Source: Octopus bimaculoides
Taxonomy: Eukaryota
Length of the DNA stretch: 63,474 bases
Assembly: GCF_001194135.2 (NCBI RefSeq)
Contig: NC_068991.1
Span: 13,662,145-13,725,618 of the forward strand
Direction: 5' to 3'
The stretch's first letter is position 1; each line of letters starts with the position of its first letter. Position numbers and translations under genes: made by a program. Positions 40,591-55,734 of this stretch are shown here, one piece after another. A model generated the notes under the pieces. It did not search any database. It saw only the letters and a list, made by a program, of their open reading frames with translations, and was not told the origin of the DNA.

Positions 40591-41837
40591 GTAGCAATAT
40601 ATATATATGTATATATATACATTTATATATATATATATATATATATATATNNNNNNNNNNNNNNNNNNNNNNNNNNNNNNNNNNNNNNNNNNNNNNNNNN
40701 NNNNNNNNNNNNNNNNNNNNNNNNNNNNNNNNNNNNNNNNNNNNNNNNNNNNNNNNNNNNNNNNNNNNNNNNNNNNNNNNNNNNNNNNNNNNNNNNNNNN
40801 NNNNNNNNNNNNNNNNNNNNNNNNNNNNNNNNNNNNNNNNNNNNNNNNNNNNNNNNNNNNNNNNNNNNNNNNNNNNNNNNNNNNNNNNNNNNNNNNNNNN
40901 NNNNNNNNNNNNNNNNNNNNNNNNNNNNNNNNNNNNNNNNNNNNNNNNNNNNNNNNNNNNNNNNNNNNNNNNNNNNNNNNNNNNNNNNNNNNNNNNNNNN
41001 NNNNNNNNNNNNNNNNNNNNNNNNNNNNNNNNNNNNNNNNNNNNNNNNNNNNNNNNNNNNNNNNNNNNNNNNNNNNNNNNNATATATATATATATATATA
41101 TATATATAGTTGAAATTTACACAAAAACAAAAGACAACGACAGATGTATGAACAACTAACAGGTGTATTATTTTGACGATCGGGAAAATGAGAAAGTCCT
41201 TTATGTTACGAGCCTATGCTCTTCAAAAAAAGAAATAAGAGAAAATAAACAGAGAGAGAATGAAAAACCAAACTTTTAGATTTAGCGGTCAAGATTATAG
41301 ACATATATACAAGCATATTCATTCCGAACGTCAGACAACTTAACCTCCCCGTTCATATCTTTACGCAAGTTTTAACTGAAAATATTCCAAGCAAGAGTTA
41401 ATATTATCAACGTCACCGACCTATTAAGTTGTCCCAATCATAGGTGCTAGCCATGTTTCAGGAAACAGCAGCTACGAAAAAGTTCGTAATATATAAATAC
41501 ATGTTGACGAAGTACAGAATCTACAGAAAAATATCCTATTTTATTCCAGTTAAAATTTGTGGGCTAACTGAATTGTATTTCCGTTACAAAGCAAGGCTAA
41601 TTTGGATGGTTTATAAAAATAATTTACATTACATTTCCCTTTAACCAAAACCTTTTGTAGAGCACTATTAGTTAATTAATTCAATTATTATTCCACTGCA
41701 TCTTTCTGTTATGCAAATTAGAGAAACAAGCTTGTCAGAGTGAGTTTATGCTATGAGCAACCATAAACTACTTACATCTTTTGGCAATAGATAGCCATTC
41801 TTTCTCTGATGAAGGTTTAACAAGACAAACGACTACT

Positions 41838-41883
<46 letters not shown>

Positions 41884-42934
41884 NNNNNNNNNNNNNNNNN
41901 NNNNNNNNNNNNNNNNNNNNNNNNNNNNNNNNNNNNNNNNNNNNNNNNNNNNNNNNNNNNNNNNNNNNNNNNNNNNNNNNNNNNNNNNNNNNNNNNNNNN
42001 NNNNNNNNNNNNNNNNNNNNNNNNNNNNNNNNNNNNNNNNNNNNNNNNNNNNNNNNNNNNNNNNNNNNNNNNNNNNNNNNNNNNNNNNNNNNNNNNNNNN
42101 NNNNNNNNNNNNNNNNNNNNNNNNNNNNNNNNNNNNNNNNNNNNNNNNNNNNNNNNNNNNNNNNNNNNNNNNNNNNNNNNNNNNNNNNNNNNNNNNNNNN
42201 NNNNNNNNNNNNNNNNNNNNNNNNNNNNNNNNNNNNNNNNNNNNNNNNNNNNNNNNNNNNNNNNNNNNNNNNNNNNNNNNNNNNNNNNNNNNNNNNNNNN
42301 NNNNNNNNNNNNNNNNNNNNNNNNNNNNNNNNNNNNNNNNNNNNNNNNNNNNNNNNNNNNNNNNNNNNNNNNNNNNNNNNNNNNNNNNNNNNNNNNNNNN
42401 NNNNNNNNNNNNNNNNNNNNNNNNNNNNNNNNNNNNNNNNNNNNNNNNNNNNNNNNNNNNNNNNNNNNNNNNNNNNNNNNNNNNNNNNNNNNNNNNNNNN
42501 NNNNNNNNNNNNNNNNNNNNNNNNNNNNNNNNNNNNNNNNNNNNNNNNNNNNNNNNNNNNNNNNNNNNNNNNNNNNNNNNNNNNNNNNNNNNNNNNNNNN
42601 NNNNNNNNNNNNNNNNNNNNNNNNNNNNNNNNNNNNNNNNNNNNNNNNNNNNNNNNNNNNTATATACATATATACATACACACACACACACACATATACA
42701 TATGTACGTGTATGTGTGTGTCTGCATCATGATACATAGAAGCGTACATACATAAATATTCGCACAACTGTATGTTAATAACTTGATGCTTCTGTGTCTT
42801 TATAATTGTCTATCTTTTCGAGTGGGTATGCGTGTAGGTTTCATGTGTGGGCGTAATATGTTTACCTACAATTGTGAATGGATGCGTATGCGCGAGTCTG
42901 CGTTTGTATGCATGTGCGTGAGCGTATGCGTATG

Positions 42935-42976
<42 letters not shown>

Positions 42977-42986
42977 NNNNNNNNNN

Positions 42987-43021
<35 letters not shown>

Positions 43022-43229
43022 TGTGTGTGCGTGTGCTTGTGTGGGTGTATGAAAGGCATGTAAGGAGGGGGAAGCAATTTGTTATTCATGGAATAGGATA
43101 AGTTGAATTATCTCCGAGAATTTACTTTTTATCTGAAGATCTACGCACACAAGCACTTACACACACTTACACACACATACATACGCACGCACACATATAT
43201 ATACACACACACACACACTCTAACAACAT

Positions 43230-44990
<1,761 letters not shown>

Positions 44991-45783
44991 GAATAATAAT
45001 AAAAGACAAAAGGATTATCTGGTATTGCTACAATTGTTTCATCAAGAATGTTGATTATACGATAAGCATAATGCGATTACTTTGAGTGCATAATATGTTA
45101 TGTAACAGCCATGTCATCAGGCTGTCAAATAAACAAATGAGCATAATAAGATGTGGATATAATAACATGCACGATTGTTAATTGTATCATTGTCCAGTGT
45201 ACTTCCTATAAAGTGGTGTGGTGTGGTGTGGTTAATACGGTAATTTGTAGCATTACGGGCTATGGTTTACAAAATAGGATATATGTATGGTAAAACACAA
45301 GATGTAGTTTATATCATATGATCCTACGTACTTTTCAATATTTGGTTATTTGCATCGTCTGCATCCAACTAAAAGGCGGTGGTTCTAGCATGGCCGGCCA
45401 GTGTGTTTCGTTTGAATTTATATATATATATATATTGCGAGCAGAGGCGAACTACTACCATCTCTGACAGACGAGGTGTCCTCTACCGAAGAGAGGCAGA
45501 AATAGTCCGAAACCAGACTGGAACGCTGGTCCCGTCGCTTGACGGTTCTAGGGATTCGATTCCCCCTGCTCGCAATATATCGGATGCAGTTGTGCGTCGT
45601 TAACCAGCTAGAGGAGATGTCTTCTTGGGGTTAAAAAAAAATCACAGTAAATTCTGCTCGAAAGGAACAGCCATTTTAAAGTGGCTACGAACATTACTTG
45701 CGAGAACAACTGCTGCGATCATCACTTAGAGAAATTTTAGAACTAGCTTTTTAGCTTATATATATACAAAGATATATGTGTGT

Positions 45784-45835
<52 letters not shown>

Positions 45836-46283
45836 ATATCCAGTAATACATTAAAAAATTCAACATCAAACTGACGTGTGACTGTATATTTTTATTAGTG
45901 TACAAGTATCTTTCGTTTGTCTGATGAAAGCGAGTAAGGTGACACTGTCAATGTTTTGGTTGTAAAAGATTCATAAAGGTATCTATCTATCTATCTATCT
46001 ATGACGAGTGTGTGTGCTTTCATGTGAGTGTGTGAATGTGAGTGCGAGGATTACGTATTCGTCGTCAATGGCGAGCATTTAGTAGATTCATTGAATGAGT
46101 TCCTTCTCGTGAAATTCACGTGTGAGTGCCTGAGTATTCCGTAGACATGTGAGTCCTTAATACAATTACAAAGTCAGAGCGAAAATACTAGACTATGCTG
46201 GCCTTTCAAATTACAGCCACTATCGAAAGAGATAGACAGACGGACAGACAGAGAGATGGCAAGATAGATAGATGAATAGATAG

Positions 46284-46314
<31 letters not shown>

Positions 46315-46627
46315 AATAGAGATAGCGAGAGAGAGAGACGAGGTATAAAAAGAGGTGAATGAGAAGGAAAAGATGAAGGAGAAGAAGAAGAAGAAGAAGA
46401 AGAAGAAGAAGAAGAAGAAGAAACATCCCTCTCAATGGTAAATAAATACTCCATAAATATAGGCCCCAGAACGATGATAAGTAAAGTTAGCCTGAACGGA
46501 ATTTGAACTCAGAGAGGAGAGAGTCGGAACGATTGCCAACTCATCATTTTAACAGCATATTCAGTCACTATTGTCGTGTCTTTTTTTACTACTACATATT
46601 AGATTTACATTTATCGTCATTACTCAG

Positions 46628-46659
<32 letters not shown>

Positions 46660-46762
46660 TACACCAATAACAATTATATATATTTGAATATATTTTTATG
46701 CTACCATTCATGGTAGTCACAAATTTGTTATATTTCTCTCTCTCTCTGTGTTTGTGTGTGTT

Positions 46763-46793
<31 letters not shown>

Positions 46794-47978
46794 TTGTGTG
46801 TTGGCTTGTGCATCTACATACATCACTACATCTATTGTCACTGCTTCAATATATTCTATACTACTAACTCTTTTGTACACCAACAAATGTGAAAGATATT
46901 GCGTTGCTACGTAACAACGCATGGAAATATTTCTTCTGTAATCCATTTATTTTCTATAAATCCTAGCCTATGTTAAAATTATATAAAATATTAAATTGAA
47001 ATGCGCCTCATACATAATATATATAATGCACAATCTATAATGTTCCATATATAATATACCATATATAATATGCAATTAATTTGTTATTTCGAAAATTTAT
47101 TAATAAATAAATTAAACTTTCTACATGCAGAAGTTACCGAGATCTCGAAGGTAGGTTTTATGCAAGCTGTGCTGTGCAGTAAGCAGGCAAAAACAACACA
47201 ACAAGCAATTTGAAAACAAAAAGGAAATCGAAATAACTATGACATCAGCTAATTTGTTGATCGTATGTTACACTGGAGAGATGCTGAAAAAGCACATGAT
47301 GCGTTTAGAAGTTACATAACGTGTCTCTTAATTATGCTATGAAAGCTCATAGTAACGAGACGATTGAAATGATAATGGCATTTGTAATAAGATGTTGCAG
47401 CATCTTTAATGATATTATGTGAAAGAGGCAAACAAACAATAGAGCCTCGATTCGACATGGCCGCTCCTACGAGTAGAAATAGCTTACTGCAAAGAAAGAC
47501 TCCCAGCTTTTATTTTTGTCGGTTCATTGTCCTTGTTATGCTCTCCATTTATTTATAATAATAACTTTACTGTTACGTTCTGAGTTCAAATTCTACCAAA
47601 ATCTTTGTCTTTCTACCAATCTACCAGTCTTTGTCTTTCGTCTCGCTGTGCGAGTGGTGGACAATAAATTAAGGTACCATTCAAGTGCTGAGGTCGATAC
47701 AAACAACCTATCCATCTTCCACAAAAAGTTTCATTCTCTGCTTAACAGATTACGGTGCGGTTCTGTTCTCTATATTTTGAAAGTTTATCTTGCAATGAGA
47801 TTTTGATTTCGCATTTAAAACAGCTTTGGCTTTTTTTTTGTTTTGTCCTTACGTAAATAATTTTCTTCGGTGTGCTTAATTTCCAATTTGTATTGTATTG
47901 CTTCCATATATATGATTAAAAAAAAAATTCTTCACATTTGCTTATTACACTAACCTATTCCCCTCTACTTGCTTCTAG

Positions 47979-48041
47979 GTAGTTTTCTACTCCAACTGTT
48001 GTTATTTTGTTGTAGTTTACAATTTGTATCAGCCATTTGGG
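47979..48041 (+). CDS. Candidate exon, signal-peptide-like (G-SFLLQLLLFCCSLQFVSAIW)
   Basis: actaac branch motif, pyrimidine tract, ctag acceptor; donor TGGG|gtgggt; 63 nt, phase 1-1. Confidence 0.45.
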
Positions 48042-48429
48042 GTGGGTATAATCTATTTACATCAACTCTGCGCTGAAAGCTTTCGAACATTAAGTAGTTC
48101 CCCGGTGTTTTTGGTCTAGGCTCTTCAAGACATTTAACTTTAACTTCTTTCTGTTGAAACTGTAAAGGATACATAGGCTGGTTACTCCAGCATTTTAACA
48201 GCGGGTTGTCTTTCATGGAATCTTAAATTTTTTCCTTTAATTTTTGTGCGAAATCTTAGATTTATTTAATCCGAAGTATTATATTTTACTGGTTTTTGTT
48301 GAATTCTTTGAATTGCATCTTGGTATCTAATTTAATTTCCTCAATTTTTTAGTTAAATTTTCCTCTTCACATATACAATAACTTTAGCACATTTATCTAA
48401 TTTTATACACTTTATTCATGTCTTGGCTA

Positions 48430-48645
48430 AGACGTTCACCGGGCTTCTATCCCTAGCATACCTGAGAAAATGCTGAATGACTTTTCGTTCTTTACTTTCT
48501 GAGTTCAAATGCCGCTACGGTAGTCTTTACTTCTCATCCTTTCAAGGTCGATGAAACAAGTATCTGTTTAACACTGCGATCGACATAATCAACTTACCCC
48601 CTCCTAAAACATATCAGGCCTTGTACCTATGGTAAAAAGGATTAT
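48430..48645 (+). mobile_element. SINE family B copy (old)
   Basis: Core and tail motifs. Confidence 0.65.
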
Positions 48646-48817
48646 TTATGCTTTGACACTAATTTGCTAACTATTTTAGTGACTAATGACCTTTGTAAAT
48701 ATTTCAAGTCATTCAAATAGGATATAAAATTTTACGAATGAGCCCTCGTCCCTCGTAAGATTTTTTCCGTATTAACTATAACCAGTTTTGGTTTCATTCT
48801 TTCGTTTATTAATGCAG

Positions 48818-48880
48818 ACAAAAGTGGGCAGGAAGCCAGAAGTGTTAATGAGTTTTCGTACAAGATCTCTCTTCTTACAG
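48818..48880 (+). CDS. Candidate exon (D-KSGQEARSVNEFSYKISLLT)
   Basis: Acceptor ...ttctttcgtttattaatgcag, strong donor CAG|gtatgt; 63 nt; the phase-0 frame is also open. Confidence 0.55.
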
Positions 48881-49005
48881 GTATGTGTCTGCTTTCAATT
48901 ACTTTCATTTTAATTACTGCTTTTAATTACTTTCATTGTTAACTTGTAGATATTTCCGTTTTGACTTCACATGTTTGATGCATTGCGGTTTCTCTGTTTA
49001 TGTAG

Positions 49006-49071
49006 GGAGTCTTCAGTATTCAAAAGCCTGTGCTAAACTATCAAATGTTTCGGTAATCTGTCCAGTCCATG
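49006..49071 (+). CDS. Candidate exon (G-SLQYSKACAKLSNVSVICPVH)
   Basis: Acceptor ...tttctctgtttatgtag, donor ATG|gtaaag; 66 nt, phase 1-1. Confidence 0.5.
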
Positions 49072-50951
49072 GTAAAGTGTTTCCCTGCTTTTTGCTGATA
49101 ATACCTCGAAAAATGTGCGTTGCATGCTCGCTGTTGGTGCTGTTATTGTTATAGTTTAACTCCAGTTCAGCCTTTACTAAATAGACCTATAAACAAAAGA
49201 ACGGCTGCATAGTTGCAATGACAATTGTTTTATAAGTTACCTAGGAATACTTCATCAATGTAGCTTTCCTTCTCAAGAATACTGGACGGTTTCCTTTCAG
49301 GGAAATTTGGCTGCATTTTATAGCTAATAAATTAACTGAGTAAATATACCTTTGTTACTGCACTGAAACTGATGTTGCACTTGTTGTCATTGTTAATATT
49401 GTTAAGTTTTATAACAGTCCTGACAAAACCATAACCAGCTGGTGTAATTTTTTTTGAGGTATACTATACCACTGATTATATTATCAAATGGTGAAGACGT
49501 GAGATCTAGTGATTATGGTTTTCGGTTCATAAAAATAAGATCGTCGATTCAATTCTACAACTGAGTGGGACGTGTTATGTCCTTGAGCAAGGTCCTTCGT
49601 TTTACGCTATTTCAGCTTGTTCAATTGTAAATAAATAACTTCAGCGGGGTGCTGGCGCAGCCCTCTTTAACTCCGGCTGTCATATCCTATGACAAGTGTT
49701 CAAGGAACCAAGAGAGTGTTTATGTCAGCTCGTATATAAACAGACACGTAAACCAATCGACTAAAGAATGACTCATTCTCCCAATCCATTCTCGATCTCA
49801 CATGACATCTGTTTTTTTTTTACCAGACAATATGGAGATTTCTTGAAGATGAGATATTATTTCAGGGTAATTTGACTGGTATTTCTAGCAAATGAAACGG
49901 CGACATCGAAACTCCCTTGGCGGCTTGTTATGTTTTGAAGCCGATGTCATATTAACAGCTACAAGTCTCCAAGTTATTCCAATAATCCAATATCTCCGTA
50001 TTAAATGTGTTCAGTTTTTTCCGCTTTTATTCTGAAAAGTTGTCAATGAATACAGAAGAACCACGCACAAAATTTCTGATATTGTTGCTTTTTCTGCTTG
50101 TAATATTGTTTTGACTGCTGTTCATGTCGTTGATGTTATTGTTTTTTGGTGCTGTGGTTATGAGTGGTAAGGCTATGCTAAAAAAGAAGTCATTGAGAAG
50201 CAAGCATATACACAAACACATATGTGTTTGTGTGCGTGTGAAAGAGAGAGAGAGAGAGGGATAGATAGAAATAGATAGGAGACTGTATGAGTGCATGTGT
50301 ATGTGTGTGTGTGCATTTGTGTGCACGTGTGTGTCATTTAATGGTGTATGTGGAAGGACGTACAGCTGTAAATAATGGTTTGTAATGTATTTGGTTAAAA
50401 AACACATGGATAAAAATGTCCAATAGCTACTAGCAGAAGTGCTAGTTATATGCTTTTCTGGAAGAGTCAGGAAATAACATAACTCAGAATAAGTGGTGGC
50501 AAGATTCTATGGTATATTCTCCTGCTGTTCAACTGGAATCTATGTCGAAACTGATAAGCGATAGAATCACTTCTCGTGGAAGTCCACTTAAAAAGTGGAA
50601 CATGTCATATTTATCAACGGTTATTGACCCACCGAGATTAATTGGGGCGAGTCGATATTCATTGATGAATGTGACATATTCCTCTGCAAAAGTTTTCATT
50701 TGGACCTTGAATCTACGCTTCTAGTCGTGTCATCGTCAAATATGTTATTTTTACTTGGCGAAGTCAATAACAGACAAAGATCAGACGACAGCTTAGTTTC
50801 ATGTCATTGGTCATTGCAAGGCGGGATCTGGTAATAACACTGGTTTCTGCCTCCTTTCAACAAAATGCAAAGTAAACAGCCTTTTTATAACCAACAAGAA
50901 TTTTTTTTTTCTAAAATGTGCAGAATATCTTGGTTGCATTCTCATTCCAAG

Positions 50952-51002
50952 TACTGGTAACTTCTGAACTACATAACCATGAAAAGGTGTTGTCACAACG
51001 AT
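50952..51002 (+). CDS. Candidate exon (V-LVTSELHNHEKVLSQR)
   Basis: Acceptor ...cattctcattccaag, donor GAT|gtatgt; 51 nt, phase 1-1. Confidence 0.3.
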
Positions 51003-51569
51003 GTATGTATAAGTCTTACATACATTGTTGAATACGGTGCTGATCATAGCCTCATTATAAGTAAAGTTAAAATATAGATGCAGGAGATAGTTTTAGAGTA
51101 AACTATAATCGAGACGACTAAGAAGATTGGCAGGAAACTTAAATCACTAGCATTTCTAAACGCTTTATTATGAAGTTCTCCTTAAAAGACTAAATAAAAT
51201 ACCCTTCCGTCTTCATGATATAGTGAGCAGCCGGTCTTCTGTAGAAGTGACTCTATAAATTTCTCGTGCTTGAATACTTGGTCAGGTCCCTTGGTAAATG
51301 GATCTTGCAAGGGTTGATTTGATGAAAATAATTAAGAAGTAGGGGCTTCTTCAAGAGAACAATAAGCTAATTAAAGCTATCTGCCGTTGATGTTCTGCAT
51401 TTAAGTAAAAGAATTGGCATGAATGAACAGTAATGCAAAAGAAAAAAAAATAGCTGACTTGAAAATATGGCTCGGGTGGCAAATGTGTACTGACGCAAAC
51501 AATGCAAATAAATAAAGTTTTCATGAAGTCCATTTTAAGTCCATGCGCCTATTTCCTTCCTTCCCTCAG

Positions 51570-51608
51570 CAGAACGAAATGCAAATATCACAAGCAAAAA
51601 CGTAACAG
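51570..51608 (+). CDS. Candidate micro-exon (S-ERNANITSKNVT)
   Basis: Pure pyrimidine tract ctatttccttccttccctcag (NAGNAG), donor CAG|gtgaaa; 39 nt, phase 1-1; two N-glycosylation sequons. Confidence 0.45.
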
Positions 51609-51709
51609 GTGAAAGAAGGGCTGACATTTTTAAGAATATTCTGAACTGATCACAGATACAAATGAAGAATCTGTTCATAACATGTTTCATCAACAGAACA
51701 TTTTTCTAT

Positions 51710-52143
51710 TATCTCTTACGTCTGTTTCAGTCGTGAGACTGCGGCCTTGCAGGAGCACCGTCTAGAATAATTTTTAGTCGGATAAGTTGAGACCAGTACT
51801 TAATATTTCTTTAATGCCTGGTACTTATTCTGTCGGTCGCTTTTGCCGGGCCGCCTTATTACGTGGACGTAGTCACACCAACACCGGTTGTCAAGTTTGT
51901 CCCCAATCATAGGGAACAAACACATACACAAAAACACGAAGACACACACAGACAGACTGACACACACACGGAGATACACACATACACATGACGAGATTCT
52001 TTCAGTCTCCACCTAACAAATTCATTCACAAGCATTTGGTTAGGCGGAGGATATAGTAGAAGACACTTGCTCAAGGTGGACACAGTTATACTGAACTCAG
52101 AACCATGTGGTTGAGAAGCAAACTTCTCACCACACAGCCACGT
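51710..52143 (-). mobile_element. SINE family A, near full length
   Basis: Reverse-complement match to 5366-5773. Confidence 0.8.
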
Positions 52144-52329
52144 CTGAAATTCCTACTATTTTTTAGAAGCAGTGTAGTTATGAGGTCAGTGTCCTTTAAA
52201 AGATCTTCTGAAAGATGCAGAATGAATTACTGCTGATATATTATCGCCTGTAACGGTGAAGTGACCATTGAATATCTAACTAAGCTATTTCCTTCATGTA
52301 GTCAGGAAGTGCCATTCTCTAAGAATTTT

Positions 52330-52683
52330 CGTATGCTTGAAACATTCGCCTGTATGAGAACAAAGTTGTTAGACAGTCATTTGACACTCAATAGAATTAT
52401 TTATCCCTTGTCAGCTGCCGGAAAAATCTTGGCAAGAATATTGTTGACTCACCTCTTTCAACATTTTAACGCTAACAATCTACCGCTAGAAAGCCAACTC
52501 GGCTTTTGTTGTGAAAGAAGCCCTATTGATATCCGCTTTGCTATAAGACAGATCTCTGGAGATTTATATAGCAGAAACAGGCACCGCAGATGACCTCTAT
52601 TGACCTCATGAAGGACTTGACAAAGTGTGTCGTGGTGGAAAGTGCAAACACCTTGATTCATATGGTTCTGCAAGGACCTAAAC
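52330..52683 (+). mobile_element. RTE-type LINE reverse transcriptase fragment
   Basis: IYPLSAAGKILARILLTHL...LPLESQLGFCCERSPIDIRFAIRQI, followed by shifted IDLMKDL (RT domains 1-3). Confidence 0.75.
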
Positions 52684-52703
52684 AAACATATAATACAAAT
52701 AAA

Positions 52704-52783
<80 letters not shown>

Positions 52784-53082
52784 AGATGAAAGACAGATAT
52801 TCTCCGTATGGAATACACTCCGTAGTGCTCAAGTGATTTAAACTTGAGCAGGTAGAGGCGTGAATGTATGAACAAGGAACTTAAGCAAGTCAATATACAA
52901 AAAAATATTAGATACATTTAATGCAAAAATGCACATACGTATACATATAAAATGGTCGTACTTACACAGAATAGAAATGATATCAGGAATTAAAAAGGTT
53001 TCCTTTTTATATGTAAATATATGTAGAATTTTTTTTGTATATCGACTTGCCTGACTTGTTTGTCCTTACATTTACTGCTATA

Positions 53083-53748
53083 CAGTGGCGTCTCGTGTAT
53101 AGGAGCTGTGGATCTGCAGCACTCCCTATTTTCACTCGATATTATTGATAACATTCAATATAATGAGTTCTTCTTTCTTTAATTTATTCTTTATACTTCT
53201 ACATCATATAATCCTTAAGCTTAATGACACTTAACCATCTTGTATAGAACTGTGCGCTTCACAGTTCCAGCGACGCGGTGTTTGGCTGTTGTGCGCATGC
53301 TCACATGTCCGCGATAGGAAGCCTAACGCTAGGGAGAGAGAAGGCTGTGTTTCACGCAGCGTGCTGTTGAAAGGTAGTGTTTAATCTTTTGACTCCGCGT
53401 GTGTTATGCTTAAAAACGTGTTTATATTCTTGAATGTGATAAAGTGTAGAATTAGATTATTATCCTGCTTCCAGTGTCGTGTTGCTGCCAGGAGTTGAAA
53501 AATAGGGTACATTTCCTCCCCTTATTTTGTGATTTAGGGGAGATTTTTGAAAAACACGTGGGAATTCGCGGTAGGGGTTCAGTGAACAAATTAAACACAC
53601 TTACCCGGCAGGGTTAAAACGCGAACCGATCAAGTTTATGTATAAATTTTATTTTTATATGTTTGTTTTCTTTTAAATAATATTAAAACAACGGCTAAAA
53701 ATTTTCTGAAGCAGCGAGACCACTAATTTTATATATCTGCCGCCACTG
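53083..53748. mobile_element. Probable non-autonomous hAT-like DNA element
   Basis: Left end CAGTGGCGTCTCG; right-end candidates cgagaccact (about 53715-53724) and CGCCACTG (53741-53748); CTATA flanks both outer ends. Confidence 0.45.
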
Positions 53749-53807
53749 CTATATAAAGAGAGAGAAAGAGAGAGAGGGAAAGGGAGAGAAAGGGAGGGGG
53801 AGTTTGA

Positions 53808-54022
53808 TAAGGTGGCGAGCTGGCAGAAACGTTGGCACGTCGGCAAAATGGTTAACGGCAATTCGTCAGACTTTACGTTCTCTGTTCAAATTCTGACGAG
53901 GTCGACTTTACCTTTCGATGCAATAATCGATAAAATAAGTTCCAGTTGAGCACTGGGGTCGATGTGATCGCTTTATTCTCTCCACCGCGGAATATACTGG
54001 CCTTGTGCCAAAATTTGAAGTC
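53808..54022 (+). mobile_element. SINE family B copy
   Basis: Full head to tail. Confidence 0.85.
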
Positions 54023-54592
54023 TCTTGGCACTTTACTCATCCTGCTGCTTCTACTGAACATTAAATTAAAAATATGCATATACTTCTATGTAATTGTTTT
54101 GCAAGATTCTTGATGTGAAATGGTGTGTTGAAACAGATTTTGCTATGTTTCGGAATGGTCATTTTTTTGTTTTTCACTTAAACACACGCCCTATGTACTC
54201 GTCCTTCATGTTTCCCTTTTTGCATCACCAAAGCTATATATGTATACACACACACACACACACGTGCGCGCGTGCAAGGGTGGCAGAGAATTAACTTGGC
54301 TAAAACATGTGTTGCTTTTATATTTCTATGTGTATATATAATTGTATAAAAATGCCTCACATTTGCATATATTCATAGATCATATGTAATATTTTATTAA
54401 ATACCTCGTCTCGAAACCAATCAGAAGAGAACTTTATAAAACGATAGCCCACAACCTTAACCACCCTAAAACAAAAATATATATGTACATATATATATGC
54501 GTATATATATATGTATAGATCTATATCTATCGATATACATACATACGGTTTTTCTCAAATCGGTCATAATGTCTTACGTTTAAGATGATTCC

Positions 54593-54691
54593 CATGCTTT
54601 CCCTGATGAGAAGGTTACAATTTTAATATCAAAGATCCCTATGGATCACACAGGTTGTAATCCTTTGAAACATATGTAGGAATAAAGTATG
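54593..54691 (+). ncRNA. Type I hammerhead ribozyme (near-intact)
   Basis: Stem I CATGCT-TTCC / GGAA-(TAA bulge)-AGTATG; core CTGATGA 54603-09; stem II GAAGGTTACAA/TTGTAATCCTTT with inner GATCC-CTAT-GGATC hairpin; GAAA 54667-70; palindromic stem III ACATATGT; GUA site, predicted cut after 54678. Confidence 0.75.
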
Positions 54692-54739
54692 CAATTATAA
54701 CATGCGTTTTCTCCATTCCTTAAATTCTTAAATACATAC

Positions 54740-54771
<32 letters not shown>

Positions 54772-55668
54772 GCATAAATATGCGTACACGTATATAAATG
54801 CGTATATATTTAGAGACTCATATTCAAAGGTGTGTATATCTATCTATCTATCTATCTGTATATATACATGTGTGTGTCTCTGTGTGTGTGTGCGTGCATG
54901 GGTCTATTCTATTATGATTATAACATGTATTTTACATATTAGCAAGGAAAGGAATTAATAAAATGGATGCCTACAACAACAACTATAGATAAATCATCAC
55001 CAGGTCATAAAACTGCATTTTATTTATTTATTTATTTATTCTAATTTCATTCTATTTATCAGTTTACGTCTGATTTTATTTCACTACAAAATATTTTCTC
55101 TCAGATAGCAATAAAAAGGATTTGTTTGATTGTACACTCTTCTTCTTTTCTTTAATTATTTTTCATAAATTGAAATCCTGTAAATGTAAAGAAAATAAAA
55201 GCAAATAAAAAAAAACAAATAAAAAAAATCAAACAAAACAATGATATATAGGATTATTGAAAAAAATTTTGTTAATAATTTTCAGATTGTTTTCATTGCT
55301 TTTGAACTAGAAGTCGACTCGGTTCTTCTATTTCGTTTATTTCTTCAATTTATAAATACAAAATAAAAGGTGAAAAATAAGAAAAACTAAAAAAAAAAAG
55401 ATAAATTCTTGATGCATTTTCAAGAATATATTTAAGGAGGAGCTGAAGTTTCTTAGAGTTTTAATCTGAAAGTCATCAAGACGGTTATCAATAGGCTTGA
55501 CAATCGCAAAAAAAAAAAAATAATAAAAAAATAAAAAATAAATGAAAAAAATGAAAGGAATTTTTTTTATATTTCATCTCATCAATATGTATTTCCAGAG
55601 TGAAAGATAGTAATGAAGACTGACTAGATAAAAACCTTGGAAACAATCTCAGCAAGCAAAAAGAGAGT

Positions 55669-55734
<66 letters not shown>

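Noticed and set aside
41806-41840. CTGATGAAGGTTT...AGACAAACG beside a TA array
   Set aside because: The G of GAAA and the stem II closure are missing; counted only as a possible relic, not called as a feature
45921-45960. CTGATGA motif (also at about 35480 and 56740)
   Set aside because: No downstream GAAA with a paired stem II
48818-48880. SYKISLLTG as the start of a PLAT/LH2 domain
   Set aside because: The next exon lacks the expected GTDA/G...F continuation
49827-49866. AG/GT-bounded 40-nt segment
   Set aside because: Lies in a motif that recurs near 49290 (cagggaaatttggctgc), so likely repeat-derived
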